NCBI GenBank assembly: GCA_009859145.1
Contig: VRVR01000006.1
Coordinates: forward strand, 1 to 64,000
Source of the DNA: Andalucia godoyi And28
Taxonomy: Eukaryota; Protista; Jakobida
DNA: 64,000 bases
Reading direction: 5' to 3'
Shown: positions 33,384-43,373 of the stretch, piece by piece
Numbering within the stretch: the stretch's first letter is position 1
How the letters are laid out: every line of letters starts with the position of its first letter
Notes under the pieces: model-generated
Told to the model about the DNA's origin: nothing
Seen by the model: only the letters and a program-made list of their open reading frames with translations
Database searches by the model: none
Position numbers and translations under genes: made by a program

Positions 33384-33657
33384 GAAATTGATTTTCTCTC
33401 TCTCTCTCGCTCGCTCGCTCGCTCTCTCTCTTTCTCTCTCGCTCTCGCTCGCTCCACTGTTCAGACTTTCGTGTTTGTATTTTGTTTTCTTTTCCTTTGT
33501 TGTTCTCCTTTGGATGTTGATGAAGAGAGCAACACAGCGAACAAAAGAACAGCTTCGAAAAAGTTGGCCTTTTGCTGTTCTGCACGAATTGGACAATTAA
33601 AATCAAGAGCGTGGAAAGAAATCGTAGTTCGACAAATAGGAATCAAAAATCAAAGTC

Positions 33658-33987
33658 ATGTCCGCGTTGAGCGTCCCACCCATCATCATTGCTGTTTGGC
33701 GTTGGTCAGACTCGCCAGCACAACATCGAGCAAAACGCAGCAGAAGGAAACAAATATGGGTCTTTACGAATTTTCCGATTCCGAAGAGCCAAGCACATTT
33801 CTGGAACCGTGAGTGTCCGTCATTATTTAGACTCCGCTATTATTTGTGCCGTGCGCTTCTCAACCTCCTTTCTCTTCAGAAGCGTCTTTATGATCATCCG
33901 TTCTATCAGATGCATCCTCTTCCCGACGCAGCCATTGTGGTCATGCAGAGTTCGGCACACGCGGACGAATGTTCAGCGCAGCGCTGA
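33658..33987 (+). CDS. Hypothetical small protein
   Basis: ATG ORF divergent from CPSF3 after an A-rich leader. No recognised motif, and the splice structure is uncertain. Confidence 0.3.
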   Translation: MSALSVPPIIIAVWRWSDSPAQHRAKRSRRKQIWVFTNFPIPKSQAHFWNRECPSLFRLRYYLCRALLNLLSLQKRLYDHPFYQMHPLPDAAIVVMQSSAHADECSAQR

Positions 33988-34169
33988 TGAATAAGCGAGA
34001 GAGGGCGGAAGGAAGGAAGACCAGGTTTTACATGTTTGCGGTTGGCACGGAGAATGTCTGTTTTTAATTGTTTCCCTCAAGTCTTCCCAAGCATCATCAA
34101 TTTTGAATCAGGAATGTATTATTGCATTTCGATGCATACGTGCGTGCTTGCGTGTGTTTTCCAGAGGAC

Positions 34170-35960
34170 TTACTTGGAAGGCCATTCAGAGGTCGCAATG
34201 ATTTTCTTCACGTTTTCAGGAGTGACGAGAGAACTTTCGTGCAGTATCTGTGAAGCAACGGACTCGGTAGGCTTACTCGCCCGGGTGTTCTTTCGGGGAA
34301 CAAGAACAACCGGAGGAACTGTTGCTGTTACTGTTTGGCGCGCTGCAGCTCCACGACCACGCCGAGCAGGAGCAGGAGGAGAAACCTTTGTAACAGGCTT
34401 CAGAGTCTCAACGGACTGCGTTGCAACCTTTTGAGACTCGTTCGTCGGTTGGGAAGAAGAAGCGATGATCTGAGAAGACGTCGTCTCCAAATCCGCGGAC
34501 TTTCCGCTCTCGGGCTCATTCGACTCAGCCGATTCGGAGGAAGAATCAGAATCAGAATCGGATTCGGATTCGGAGGAAGAATCGGATTCAGAATCGGATT
34601 CCGACAATGTTTCGTCACTCGAATCCCTCTTGCCATCTTGCGTTTGCTGAGACGAAGGAACGGCGGCGATCTTTTCATTCTTCGCAGCAGTCTTGCGGTC
34701 ATCGCCAGACCTCTGCGAGGACTGAGAGGACGGGGCCAAAACATGTGTCGGTTCTTGGGATGAACCGACAACATCCGTCTTCTTGCCTAACAGATTCATC
34801 ATTTGCATTGCTTTTTTGCGAATATCTTCGTCTTTCTCAGCCTGTTGCTTGGAGGGCGTGGCTTCTTTGGCTGGCTGGGAAGCATGCACAGGAGACCGGG
34901 AGGTCGAAGAGTTCGATGCTGTCCGCTTCGATTCTGCTGCAGGATTCAGTTGTGAAGCCACCGTCGGCGGGCTCATCAAGATCGATCCATTCGTCACCGG
35001 GAGAATCGACGACGCATTCAAGGACACATTCGGGTCCAGCGATGCTCCTTTTGCTGCAGCGTCTGCGGTGTCCTTGGCCGACACTGTCTTTTCGGTATGC
35101 TCTGCCTTCTTTTGGGGGACGGCAGTTTCCTTGGAAGCCTTTGCGTCCTTCACCGCAACTGCCGATGCGGGAACGGGCACGGGCACGGGAGTAACAGCTG
35201 GGGTCTTGTTCCCCTTCGATGCTGCTGCTGATACTCCTCCTACAGCCCCATCTACTGGCTTGAGAGGTGCTGAAGACGATGGTAGATTGCTCGTCGACTG
35301 TGAAGCAACTAGCACAGACTCGTTGAGAGCAGACATTGCTAGCGCCTCCTTTTGTTTCTTCGTCAATCTCTTGCGTTTAGCCTCAGGAGCCTTGACCACC
35401 GTCGTATCGGACTGTTTCGAAATATCCTTTTCCCCTGCACTCGCATTCGGCGTGGAATTCAGGACGGCGTTGCTCGTACTGAGGCTTTGTTTGTTTTGCA
35501 GAGGCGCCGTCGTCTTGGCCACTGGAATCGGGGTAGATGCAGGTGCAGTGGGAGCAGAGGACTTAGTGGGAGCTTCTCTTTTTCTCGAATTATCCAGCTT
35601 CTTCACAGGAGTAGCCGCGGACTCGCCTTGCAGAGCCTTGGCTTGCATTTCTGTTGAAAATATGCTAGTGTTCTCCAGCAACTTGAGCACCACAAGTTCA
35701 TTGCGCGACTTTGCAAGAAACAAATCGCCCCACTGCCCTCTGATTGCTGCCGAAACAGGTAAATCGAGGTTCAGAAACCCGCCGCGATTGTCAAAGAAGC
35801 TATGTGCAGAAAGCGACAGCGGCGATCCTCGAGACATCAACAGCGACTGCACTTCATCTCGGGTCGTTCGCAAAGAAGTAAACGAGTTTGCAGGATATGC
35901 AACCACAATCTCGTCAGCGACAGATCCACTCGATAAAATGTACACGGATAGACGAATCAT
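34170..35960 (-). CDS. Hypothetical low-complexity Ser/Ala/Lys-rich protein with a short folded N-terminus
   Basis: Long ORF with SESDSESDS tracts. Likely start MIRLSV at 35960. Confidence 0.7.
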   Translation of the reverse strand: MIRLSVYILSSGSVADEIVVAYPANSFTSLRTTRDEVQSLLMSRGSPLSLSAHSFFDNRGGFLNLDLPVSAAIRGQWGDLFLAKSRNELVVLKLLENTSIFSTEMQAKALQGESAATPVKKLDNSRKREAPTKSSAPTAPASTPIPVAKTTAPLQNKQSLSTSNAVLNSTPNASAGEKDISKQSDTTVVKAPEAKRKRLTKKQKEALAMSALNESVLVASQSTSNLPSSSAPLKPVDGAVGGVSAAASKGNKTPAVTPVPVPVPASAVAVKDAKASKETAVPQKKAEHTEKTVSAKDTADAAAKGASLDPNVSLNASSILPVTNGSILMSPPTVASQLNPAAESKRTASNSSTSRSPVHASQPAKEATPSKQQAEKDEDIRKKAMQMMNLLGKKTDVVGSSQEPTHVLAPSSQSSQRSGDDRKTAAKNEKIAAVPSSQQTQDGKRDSSDETLSESDSESDSSSESESDSDSDSSSESAESNEPESGKSADLETTSSQIIASSSQPTNESQKVATQSVETLKPVTKVSPPAPARRGRGAAARQTVTATVPPVVLVPRKNTRASKPTESVASQILHESSLVTPENVKKIIATSEWPSK

Positions 35961-36986
35961 GACTTCGCTTCTTTCTCTCGCAAGGTTTTTTTTTTTTTCT
36001 TTTTTCTTTTTAAATATCAATGTTGGTGCGTGGCCACAGAGCCGGCTTAAATGCAGTCAAAAAGTCATCCAATAAGTTTTGAAAGGACGGAAATGCGAAT
36101 GCGCACCCGTCTGCATGACAAACAGTTCGGAGAGTGTGAGCGAAAAAGCGGAGGGGTCGTGTCTCCACTATTGTGAATTGCTTTAGGGCACACCCGCTTA
36201 AATGAATGCAGGAATTCCAGGAACGGGAGGCGTGAAATGTCCGGCAGAACCAGACGTTTTCAATCTTTCATGAGTGCCTCACGCGAGGACTCCAGCTCGC
36301 TTGCACTGGGAATACCGAGTGGATTCCGACACAAGAACCGCGGTCGGGCATCGTGCAGATCGGGGATGGCGCAGCCGCTCTCGGAGCGCAGCTTTCACCA
36401 CCTGCACCATCGGGTTCCGAAAATGTGCAAGTATGAAACAGATGAAATAGACAAACCGACAACGTGCGGCGAAGTGCGAGGAGGATGTGGTGCCAAATAA
36501 AAACGGTGAAATATCAAAAATACGAACGCAGCAGTGTTTTATGCAATATTTTATTTGACACAACGAAGTCCAAGGTGAAACGGGAGAAAGGGAAAAAGGA
36601 AAAAAGGGAATGGGTTCAGCAAACAAAATCCAAGGGACGAGAGCCAGCGGATAACAGACAAAAGGGAAAAGGAAACGAGAGAAACGGAAAGGGGAAGAAG
36701 AAGACCGGTTCGAGGAGCAGCTGGAATTTCTGAATTGATTATTGTTATTACCATTTTATTATTACTATTATTTTTTAGCACACTTGATGCTTGATGAAGT
36801 AACCAAGAATCAACAGCGAGGAGAGCCGAGACGAAAAGCAACTCGAGTGGCGGACACACGTGACGACCATGGAGAGAACTCGGACGATGCTACCGTCCAT
36901 CAGACAAACGACAAAGAAAAGAATTTCAACGGCAACATATTCATCGATCGATCCAGTGCAGTGTTTGTGTTTCCTCTCTTTGTGAA

Positions 36987-37382
36987 ATGAGTCGCGTCGT
37001 CGTGTACTGGGTTTCATGGATGCTGTTTGTAAGTGTATTCTTGGCAAGCGTGTCGTCTGCAATTGAAATCAACCCAGCACTGAAAGAGATTTTTGACAAG
37101 CTTGAAGGAGATAAGACGGTCCGTGGAGCCCGGCTGCTTGTTCCGACAGGATCTGATCTTCAAAAGTACCCTGTTGTTCAGAAATTCATGTTTGATTACG
37201 GATTTTCGTACAACGATTTGCAGATCCTGTTCCACGGCACCAAACCCGAATTCGAGCTGTATGACCAACAAGGAGTTTTTCTCGAGAGAATCGATCTGAG
37301 CAACATTAAGTCAATCTCGGAAATGCATGATATCCTTTCTGCATTTGGAATCAACCGCATAGATAAGAAAACCGAGCTGTAA
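36987..37382 (+). CDS. Selenoprotein M/F (Sep15)-like ER protein lacking the redox motif
   Basis: Signal peptide; GARL...LQKYPVVQKF...KPEFELYD...LERIDLS...EMHDILSAFG follows the SelM/SelF pattern; C-terminal KTEL. Confidence 0.7.
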   Translation: MSRVVVYWVSWMLFVSVFLASVSSAIEINPALKEIFDKLEGDKTVRGARLLVPTGSDLQKYPVVQKFMFDYGFSYNDLQILFHGTKPEFELYDQQGVFLERIDLSNIKSISEMHDILSAFGINRIDKKTEL

Positions 37383-38227
37383 AGGGGTGATAAAGGAAGA
37401 TTCTGCGGCACTTCATTGTTCAATTATCAGTATTTTTATCCTGGATTTCCGAAAACACTAATTCGTTTCCCTCCTTTCTGTGGTTCTGTTCATGAATGGC
37501 GAACGTGTGCCCGGTATTTCCTATCGAACACAATTATCTGGAGCAAAGCAGCCGGTTTCTCAACTTTGAACTGCGCCCGTCATGTAAAAAAAAAAATCGC
37601 CACCGATCAGCGACCCACTGATCGGCTGAACACCTCCAAAAAGTAATTTAAAAAACGTATTCCGTGGTCCAGAAGCTCATACGATCCTCTCCTCCGACCT
37701 TTAGTGCTGGAAACTAGGGGTTTTCCGAGAAACAACAGAATGTGTCCCTCCGCCACTGACCCTGCCACCTCCAACGTCGTGTACCACAGACTCTGGCGCC
37801 GAGTACAGTCCTGGTCCTGTCACCGCTGACGCTGACGACGATGGCGGTGGCGGTGGCGGTGGCGGTGACGACGACGAGGAAACGGGGCCGTCTGCAGAAG
37901 ATAGTCTGTTGGTGCTTCTTGGTCTGTACTCGCATGCTGCGTTTCCGGAACATCCATACGACGCGGGAGGCTCGTCTCCCCTGGAACACATCTTTCGACG
38001 TACCCAATCCACCGCATCAATAATCAATCAGACCATCTTGTGTTTCTCTGCCTGTTTCCCTATGTATCTCTCTATGTATCAGTATTTAAGTTTTGCTTTT
38101 AAAAGGGCAGTTTCTCGTACGAATGAAGGCTTGAATGACAAAGAGAAGAAGAAGAAAACAAAAAAGGATACGAGCGAACAAGCATCTGGTGATTCTGAAT
38201 CGGAAAATCGGTCAGCAGACAAGAAAT

Positions 38228-38280
38228 ATCCCCGCCTGAAAAATCCCCGCCTGAAAATCCCCGCCTGAAAAATCCCCGCT
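38228..38280. repeat. Tandem repeat of about 3.6 copies of a 14-15-nt unit, ATCCCCGCCTGAAA(A)
   Basis: Read directly; the units are contiguous with no spacers. Confidence 0.9.
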
Positions 38281-38680
38281 ACAGAGGAAAAATGAGAGAG
38301 CACGTATCACACCCATAATATAGCCCTCCAACCAAATGTCTGGTGGACGGCTGTGAATACATCGGATAGTATGGCTGAGTTGGCAGCGGTCGACATTGCT
38401 GTTGAATGAAGGCCGACCTTTTCCCCTGCAGATTGCTGCTACTGGTTGTTGTTGCTGTCGTTGTCGTTGTCGTTGCTGTTGTTGTCGCGGCGGAGTAGGT
38501 GTGCAGGTCGAGGCCCAATGAGACACTGTCGAATATTGAGAGCTGCATTCCTTGTAATTGATGATGGGCGCTGATGCAGATTGTAAAAAATTCACTTCAC
38601 GCCAAATAATCTGTTTGAGGCGCAGCATGCGAGACAAGTGGTTGGAGAGAGGTTTCGGTTGGAGGATAATACTTGCTTCC

Positions 38681-39290
38681 CGCCTACATTGCACACTGAG
38701 TATGCATGACCATCGCTAGTCATGCGTAATCAAATGTTGCAACCGGGGCCCTGTCGCCATGGACAGGAAGGGGGGTTAGGTCCTAACGCGCTTTGGGGGC
38801 GTTCTTGGGATAAATGTCGTTGCGTGCACCATTCCAATCGCGATCAATCCGGCATGAACACTGTGGACATGCAAACCCCCTCCAATGCGGCGTTTCTTCC
38901 CTTCTGCCGGCTCCCTCCGCATCATACGAGACGGGGTCGAATTTCGGAAGTAAAATGCAGTTATAATCCTCACACAGCCATTTCGCAAGCCTGCGATGCA
39001 TGTCCGTCGCCAGGTTGCGCGAATCTGCTGTTGTATTCGCAGTCACGCGCCTCTTGTCGAGTGGGGCTTGGTTCTCGTCCCACACGACGCGAGGCTGTGG
39101 AATGCGCAGAGAAAAGCGACCCGGCCTCGTTTGCTGGATGCGCATGTTGTGCACTGCAGACGGGCGAATAAACACTTCAAGGATGCATGAGTAAAAGAAA
39201 GGAAGAAGAAAAATGGACAACGATGTTTATAGATGGATTGCGAAAGAACGATTCACAGAAAGGAGGGGTTCTGAATTTTATGGAGTAGGA
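38681..39290 (-). mobile_element. Internally deleted Fanzor2 element retaining most coding remnants
   Basis: RIQQTRPGRFSLRIP, ENQAP, RNLATDMHRRLAKWLCEDYNCILLPKF, the frameshifted SRMMRREPAEGKKRRIG, and FACPQCSCRIDRDWNGARN.IYPKN. The right end is CAGTGTGCAATGTAGGCG. The left boundary is approximate. Confidence 0.92.
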
Positions 39291-39410
39291 TGAAGTACGG
39301 TTAGTTGATTAACAAAACGCAGGGTTTCCGAAGAGGCAGCCGATCTCCTCAAAAACGCAGACGGCTGTTTGACCATGTGCGTTTCACAAGCATCGGCACC
39401 GGTCTCGTTG

Positions 39411-39671
39411 CTACTGCGACCGATGCGGAGGGATTTTATCTTTTGCAGAACTCCATTCCTGGTCTTGCAAATCCCGAGCAGCGGCGGCGTGTTCGCGACA
39501 GAACCACACCGCATCCGGGTTGTGGCCAACAAACCCCGGATGCTGCTGCGACTTTTCCGCAAACGATTTCCCCTCGGGACTCTCGCGGAACTTGATCAGC
39601 TCAAAATCAGAGACTCCATGCGAAGACTCGCGCAGAGTCTTGTGACACACATAGCAGCAAGGAGGAATCAT
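39411..39671 (-). CDS. Small putative Zn-binding protein (CxxC...CxxH), prokaryote-like
   Basis: MIPPCCYVCHK...FVGHNPDAVWFCREH, 86 aa from the ATG at 39671. Confidence 0.65.
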   Translation of the reverse strand: MIPPCCYVCHKTLRESSHGVSDFELIKFRESPEGKSFAEKSQQHPGFVGHNPDAVWFCREHAAAARDLQDQEWSSAKDKIPPHRSQ

Positions 39672-39867
39672 TGTCTTTCTGTTGGTAAGAGGCGATGGAA
39701 CAAAACGAATCAAGGGTGGGAATACATGTGTAAAGGCAGAGGGAGAGAGAGAGAGAGATGGTAAGAAAGCGTTCAGAGAAAATGCCTCTTCTGCAGAAGA
39801 AACAACAGCGTCATTGAAAACGATGTCATACAAGAATGAGATTTCATTACTGCCAGTGTCAATCGAA

Positions 39868-40224
39868 TGTTCAAGGGAAGTCCAGAATACCGTTGAATTA
39901 TTATAGCACGACATTGTCATGCACACGGAAGGAAGATACATAAACAGACACGGTCAATAATGGCCGACACTAGCACGTTTTGTTTCACAGGGAATCCGTG
40001 CTTACGCACGCTCGGCCAAAATTCAGCCTGCGACACAGGCACCGCATTTTCGACACTCTTTAACGCAGCATCCGTAGCCATCTATTCTATCATTCGTTGG
40101 GTCCACTTTTTTTATTCAAATATATGGGCGTGTTGGGGGGCCTATCCCCTTCCCGGCAGCGGGATGCAGGATCGAATATGCATGTTCATTCGTAGATATG
40201 CATGTTCAGTGTAGAATGCAGGCG
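39868..40224 (+). mobile_element. MITE-like Fanzor2 derivative consisting of left arm plus omegaRNA-like right end only
   Basis: Closely homologous to the reverse complement of 51395-51941. Right end TTCAGTGTAGAATGCAGGCG; UUCG-loop hairpin at 40174-40207. Confidence 0.88.
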
Positions 40225-40638
40225 TGTGTTAAAAAAAGAAGTGTGTGAGCAAGACACGGCTTTTTCCACCATTTGGTTTCTGTAGTTGCTCTGTTTCCGA
40301 ATAGCCTTTTTTGGACCAGCTCTTCTCAAACGCAACCATTCTCAGAAACGGAGTACGTTGCCGGGAAAAGCGAAGAAATAAATCACCCGCGAACGTCCTT
40401 TTCTTCCGCTATTCAGTTTTGCGAGCTTTCCGTTTTCTTATCTGTACACAGTTTTTTTTTTTGGTTTTTTTTTCCTTCTTCTTCATTCATGCATGCATTT
40501 GTCTAATCTATTCAATTTTTCTGATTCTTCCTCAATGCAGAGCTATTGTTAACGAGGGGGGGTTTCAGAGGAAGTGGAGAAAAGAAAGAAAAAAAGGAAT
40601 TTTTCTGTTTGTTTATTATTTTTTTTTAATTAAACAAC

Positions 40639-43257
40639 ATGGCGGATATTGGTTCGTGGAGCATTTCGTATCGCTTTTTGCGATCCAAGATTGGAAATAC
40701 TCCCATTTGTGATTTTTCGACTCTTGTGACGGAGCTTGAGCCATCGCTTTCTTCCCATGCGTCGAAAATCAAACTGTTCGGAAAGTGCGAGTTTTTCAAT
40801 CCTTCCGGGTCCATCAAGGACCGGTTGGTCTCACACATCTTCGAACAGGCTGCAAAATGTGGGAAACTCGTTCCTGGAAAAACGCGCATTGTGGCAGCAA
40901 CGTCTGGAAACACCGGAACTGCAGTTGCCATGCTGTCGGCTGCACTTGGAAATCCATGTGTTTTGATCACGACGGATAAGACGTCAGAGGAAAAGGTCTG
41001 TGGAATGCAGGCTTTTGGAGCGAAGGTGGTCGTTGTGCCATCACGCCATCCATCTGGACATCCTCAGAACTACCAAAGTCTTGCAAAAACCTACACGGAC
41101 GAAGATGCAGACAACTCGTTTGATGTGGATCAGTACGATACTCCTTGGAATGCAGATGCGTATGAACACACCCTTGGAAAAGAAATCCTTCAAGACGTGC
41201 AGAATGTGACACATGTGCTTGCAGCCGCATCGACAGGCGGAACAATCACCGGCATGGGACGGTACATGAAGAACCATGCTCCGCATGTTCGTGTTGTCTT
41301 GGCAGATCCAATCGGCTCTGGGCTTCACGAGTATGTCAAGCATCGAACTGTTGGGAAGGTGTTCCCGCTGCACTCGCACCAGGTTGAAGGTGCGGGAAAG
41401 GACGCAGTGCCTGGTGCGCTGTGCGCTTCGTACATTGACGACTCTGTGCGAGTTGCAGACATTGATGGACTGAACACATGCCGGCTGGTGGCGAGCACGC
41501 GTGGAATCATGATTGGAGGCTCCGCTGGAACTGCCTTGTTTGGAGCAGTGCAGCTGATTAAGGGCGTCGTGGAACAACATGCAAGGAATGGAACCGAGGT
41601 CCCGGAAATGAATGTGGTGACAGTGCTTACAGATTCCGGATTCAAGTACTTGTCCAAGATCTTCTCGTCGCCCAAATCCGAATACGAGGCACTTTCCCAT
41701 CGACTGTGCGACATGCTTCTTGAATCCATGAAGTCTCAGAAGGAAGGGAAGGGTCCCGTGATTGAGTATCAACCGCCCACGGAATTGTTCGAGACGCTGC
41801 AAGGCTTGTTCTCACTTGCTCTTCCGCACAAACCGCAGGGATTCAAGTGCGTACCGGCAATAGCAGAGGCCGTTATCAAGTATTCGATGCAGACTGGCCA
41901 TCCTCGATTTTTCAATTTGCTGTGGGGGGGCATTGACTCGGCCGCTGTTCTTGCGGAGTGGATCCTGGCGGTTATGAACACCTCCATGTTCACATATGAA
42001 ATGAGTCCTGTGTTTACCCTCATGGAGAAGACGCTGGTTGGAGAACTTGGCCGTCTTGTTGGGTATGGGGAACCAGAGTCGTTCGATTCCACGTTTGGCC
42101 CTGGTGGTGCCTACACGAACTTGTTGGGGGTGTTGTGCGGACGCCATTTTGCGTACCCGGAAACGAAGGCAAGCGGTTCCTTGGCCGATGGCGAAGCAGC
42201 TGACATCCGCAACTGCGTTGTGCTGACATCTGCACACTCTCACTACACAGTGGAAAGAGCCTGCGCTGTGATGGGTATGGGAACCAATGGATGCATGTCT
42301 GTCGCGGTGGACTCGCAAGGTCGCATGGATCCCAAGATTCTTGATCAGATGCTTCAAAGTCTGACGGATCCCACGAATGACGGCAACCCGTTCCGTCGAC
42401 TGCCCGTTGCGGTTGTTGCCACCAGTGGAACGACTGTTTATGGTGCATTCGATGACATTGAGGCGATTGCAGCAGTGTGCCGGAAATACAAAGTCTGGCT
42501 GCACGTCGATGCGTCGTGGGGTGGATGTGCAGTGTTTTCCCAGCGCCCTGAAATTCGTGGACTCATGAAGGGTGTTGAAAAGGCCGATTCTGTGGCGTTG
42601 ACGGGCACCAAGTGTCTTGCGATGCCGCAGCATTGCGCAATTCTGTTGGTCCGGCACAAGAATATCCTGCGAGCCGCCAATTCGATGAAGGCTGCCGCGC
42701 AGTATCTCTATCATAATTCGAATCATATTGATGATGTCACGCAATCGCATATCCAGGGTTCTTCATGCACGCCGTCGTCGTCAACATTTGATCTCGGTGA
42801 CGTGAATCTCTCGTGCGGTCGTCGAAATGATTCTTTCAAGTTTTGGCTCTCGTGGAAAGTATACGGGCAGCAAGGCTTTGAGGAGCGAACAGATCACGCA
42901 TGGGACATGGCAGCCGTGGCTGTGAAGGAGATCGAGAAGCATGGAGCCGCCCTGCGACTTGTTCCTTCATGCAACCCTCCGCAAGGCATGAACGTGTGCT
43001 TCTGGTATGTGCCGCCATGCTGGAGAACAAAGAGCATCTCCGAATGGGACTCTGCAAAGATGGACAGCATCACTACGTCAATTCGTGCGCAGCTGCTTGA
43101 AGACGGAAACGCCCTCACCAACTACGCTGCAATGGACGGCCAGCCCAAGTTCTTCCGTCATATCACCTGCAATCCAACGAGTTCTGTCGAAGACCACCAG
43201 TTTCTCGTTCAGCAAATTGTCGAAATTGGCGATCGGTTGTTTGCAAGGCATTGTTAG
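40639..43257 (+). CDS. Fusion of a cysteine synthase/CBS-like PLP domain with a group II PLP decarboxylase (CSAD/GAD-like)
   Basis: N-terminal domain: KCEFFNPSGSIKDRL, ATSGNTG, STGGTITG. C-terminal domain: HPRFFN, FTYEMSPVFTLME, LHVDASWGG, CGRRNDSFKFWLSWK. Single 872-aa ORF. Confidence 0.92.
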   Translation: MADIGSWSISYRFLRSKIGNTPICDFSTLVTELEPSLSSHASKIKLFGKCEFFNPSGSIKDRLVSHIFEQAAKCGKLVPGKTRIVAATSGNTGTAVAMLSAALGNPCVLITTDKTSEEKVCGMQAFGAKVVVVPSRHPSGHPQNYQSLAKTYTDEDADNSFDVDQYDTPWNADAYEHTLGKEILQDVQNVTHVLAAASTGGTITGMGRYMKNHAPHVRVVLADPIGSGLHEYVKHRTVGKVFPLHSHQVEGAGKDAVPGALCASYIDDSVRVADIDGLNTCRLVASTRGIMIGGSAGTALFGAVQLIKGVVEQHARNGTEVPEMNVVTVLTDSGFKYLSKIFSSPKSEYEALSHRLCDMLLESMKSQKEGKGPVIEYQPPTELFETLQGLFSLALPHKPQGFKCVPAIAEAVIKYSMQTGHPRFFNLLWGGIDSAAVLAEWILAVMNTSMFTYEMSPVFTLMEKTLVGELGRLVGYGEPESFDSTFGPGGAYTNLLGVLCGRHFAYPETKASGSLADGEAADIRNCVVLTSAHSHYTVERACAVMGMGTNGCMSVAVDSQGRMDPKILDQMLQSLTDPTNDGNPFRRLPVAVVATSGTTVYGAFDDIEAIAAVCRKYKVWLHVDASWGGCAVFSQRPEIRGLMKGVEKADSVALTGTKCLAMPQHCAILLVRHKNILRAANSMKAAAQYLYHNSNHIDDVTQSHIQGSSCTPSSSTFDLGDVNLSCGRRNDSFKFWLSWKVYGQQGFEERTDHAWDMAAVAVKEIEKHGAALRLVPSCNPPQGMNVCFWYVPPCWRTKSISEWDSAKMDSITTSIRAQLLEDGNALTNYAAMDGQPKFFRHITCNPTSSVEDHQFLVQQIVEIGDRLFARHC

Positions 43258-43261
43258 ACAG

Positions 43262-43373
<112 letters not shown>

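Noticed and set aside
33809-33830. Possible 22-nt GTGAGT...TTTAG micro-intron
   Set aside because: It merely switches between two uncharacterised frames; there is no homology or transcript support.
37701-38027. 108-aa Pro/Ser-rich ORF
   Set aside because: Largely a product of GGC/GAC triplet repeats; no motif.
38228-38280. Possible CRISPR array
   Set aside because: The units are only 14-15 nt and contiguous with no spacers; no cas genes; eukaryotic context.
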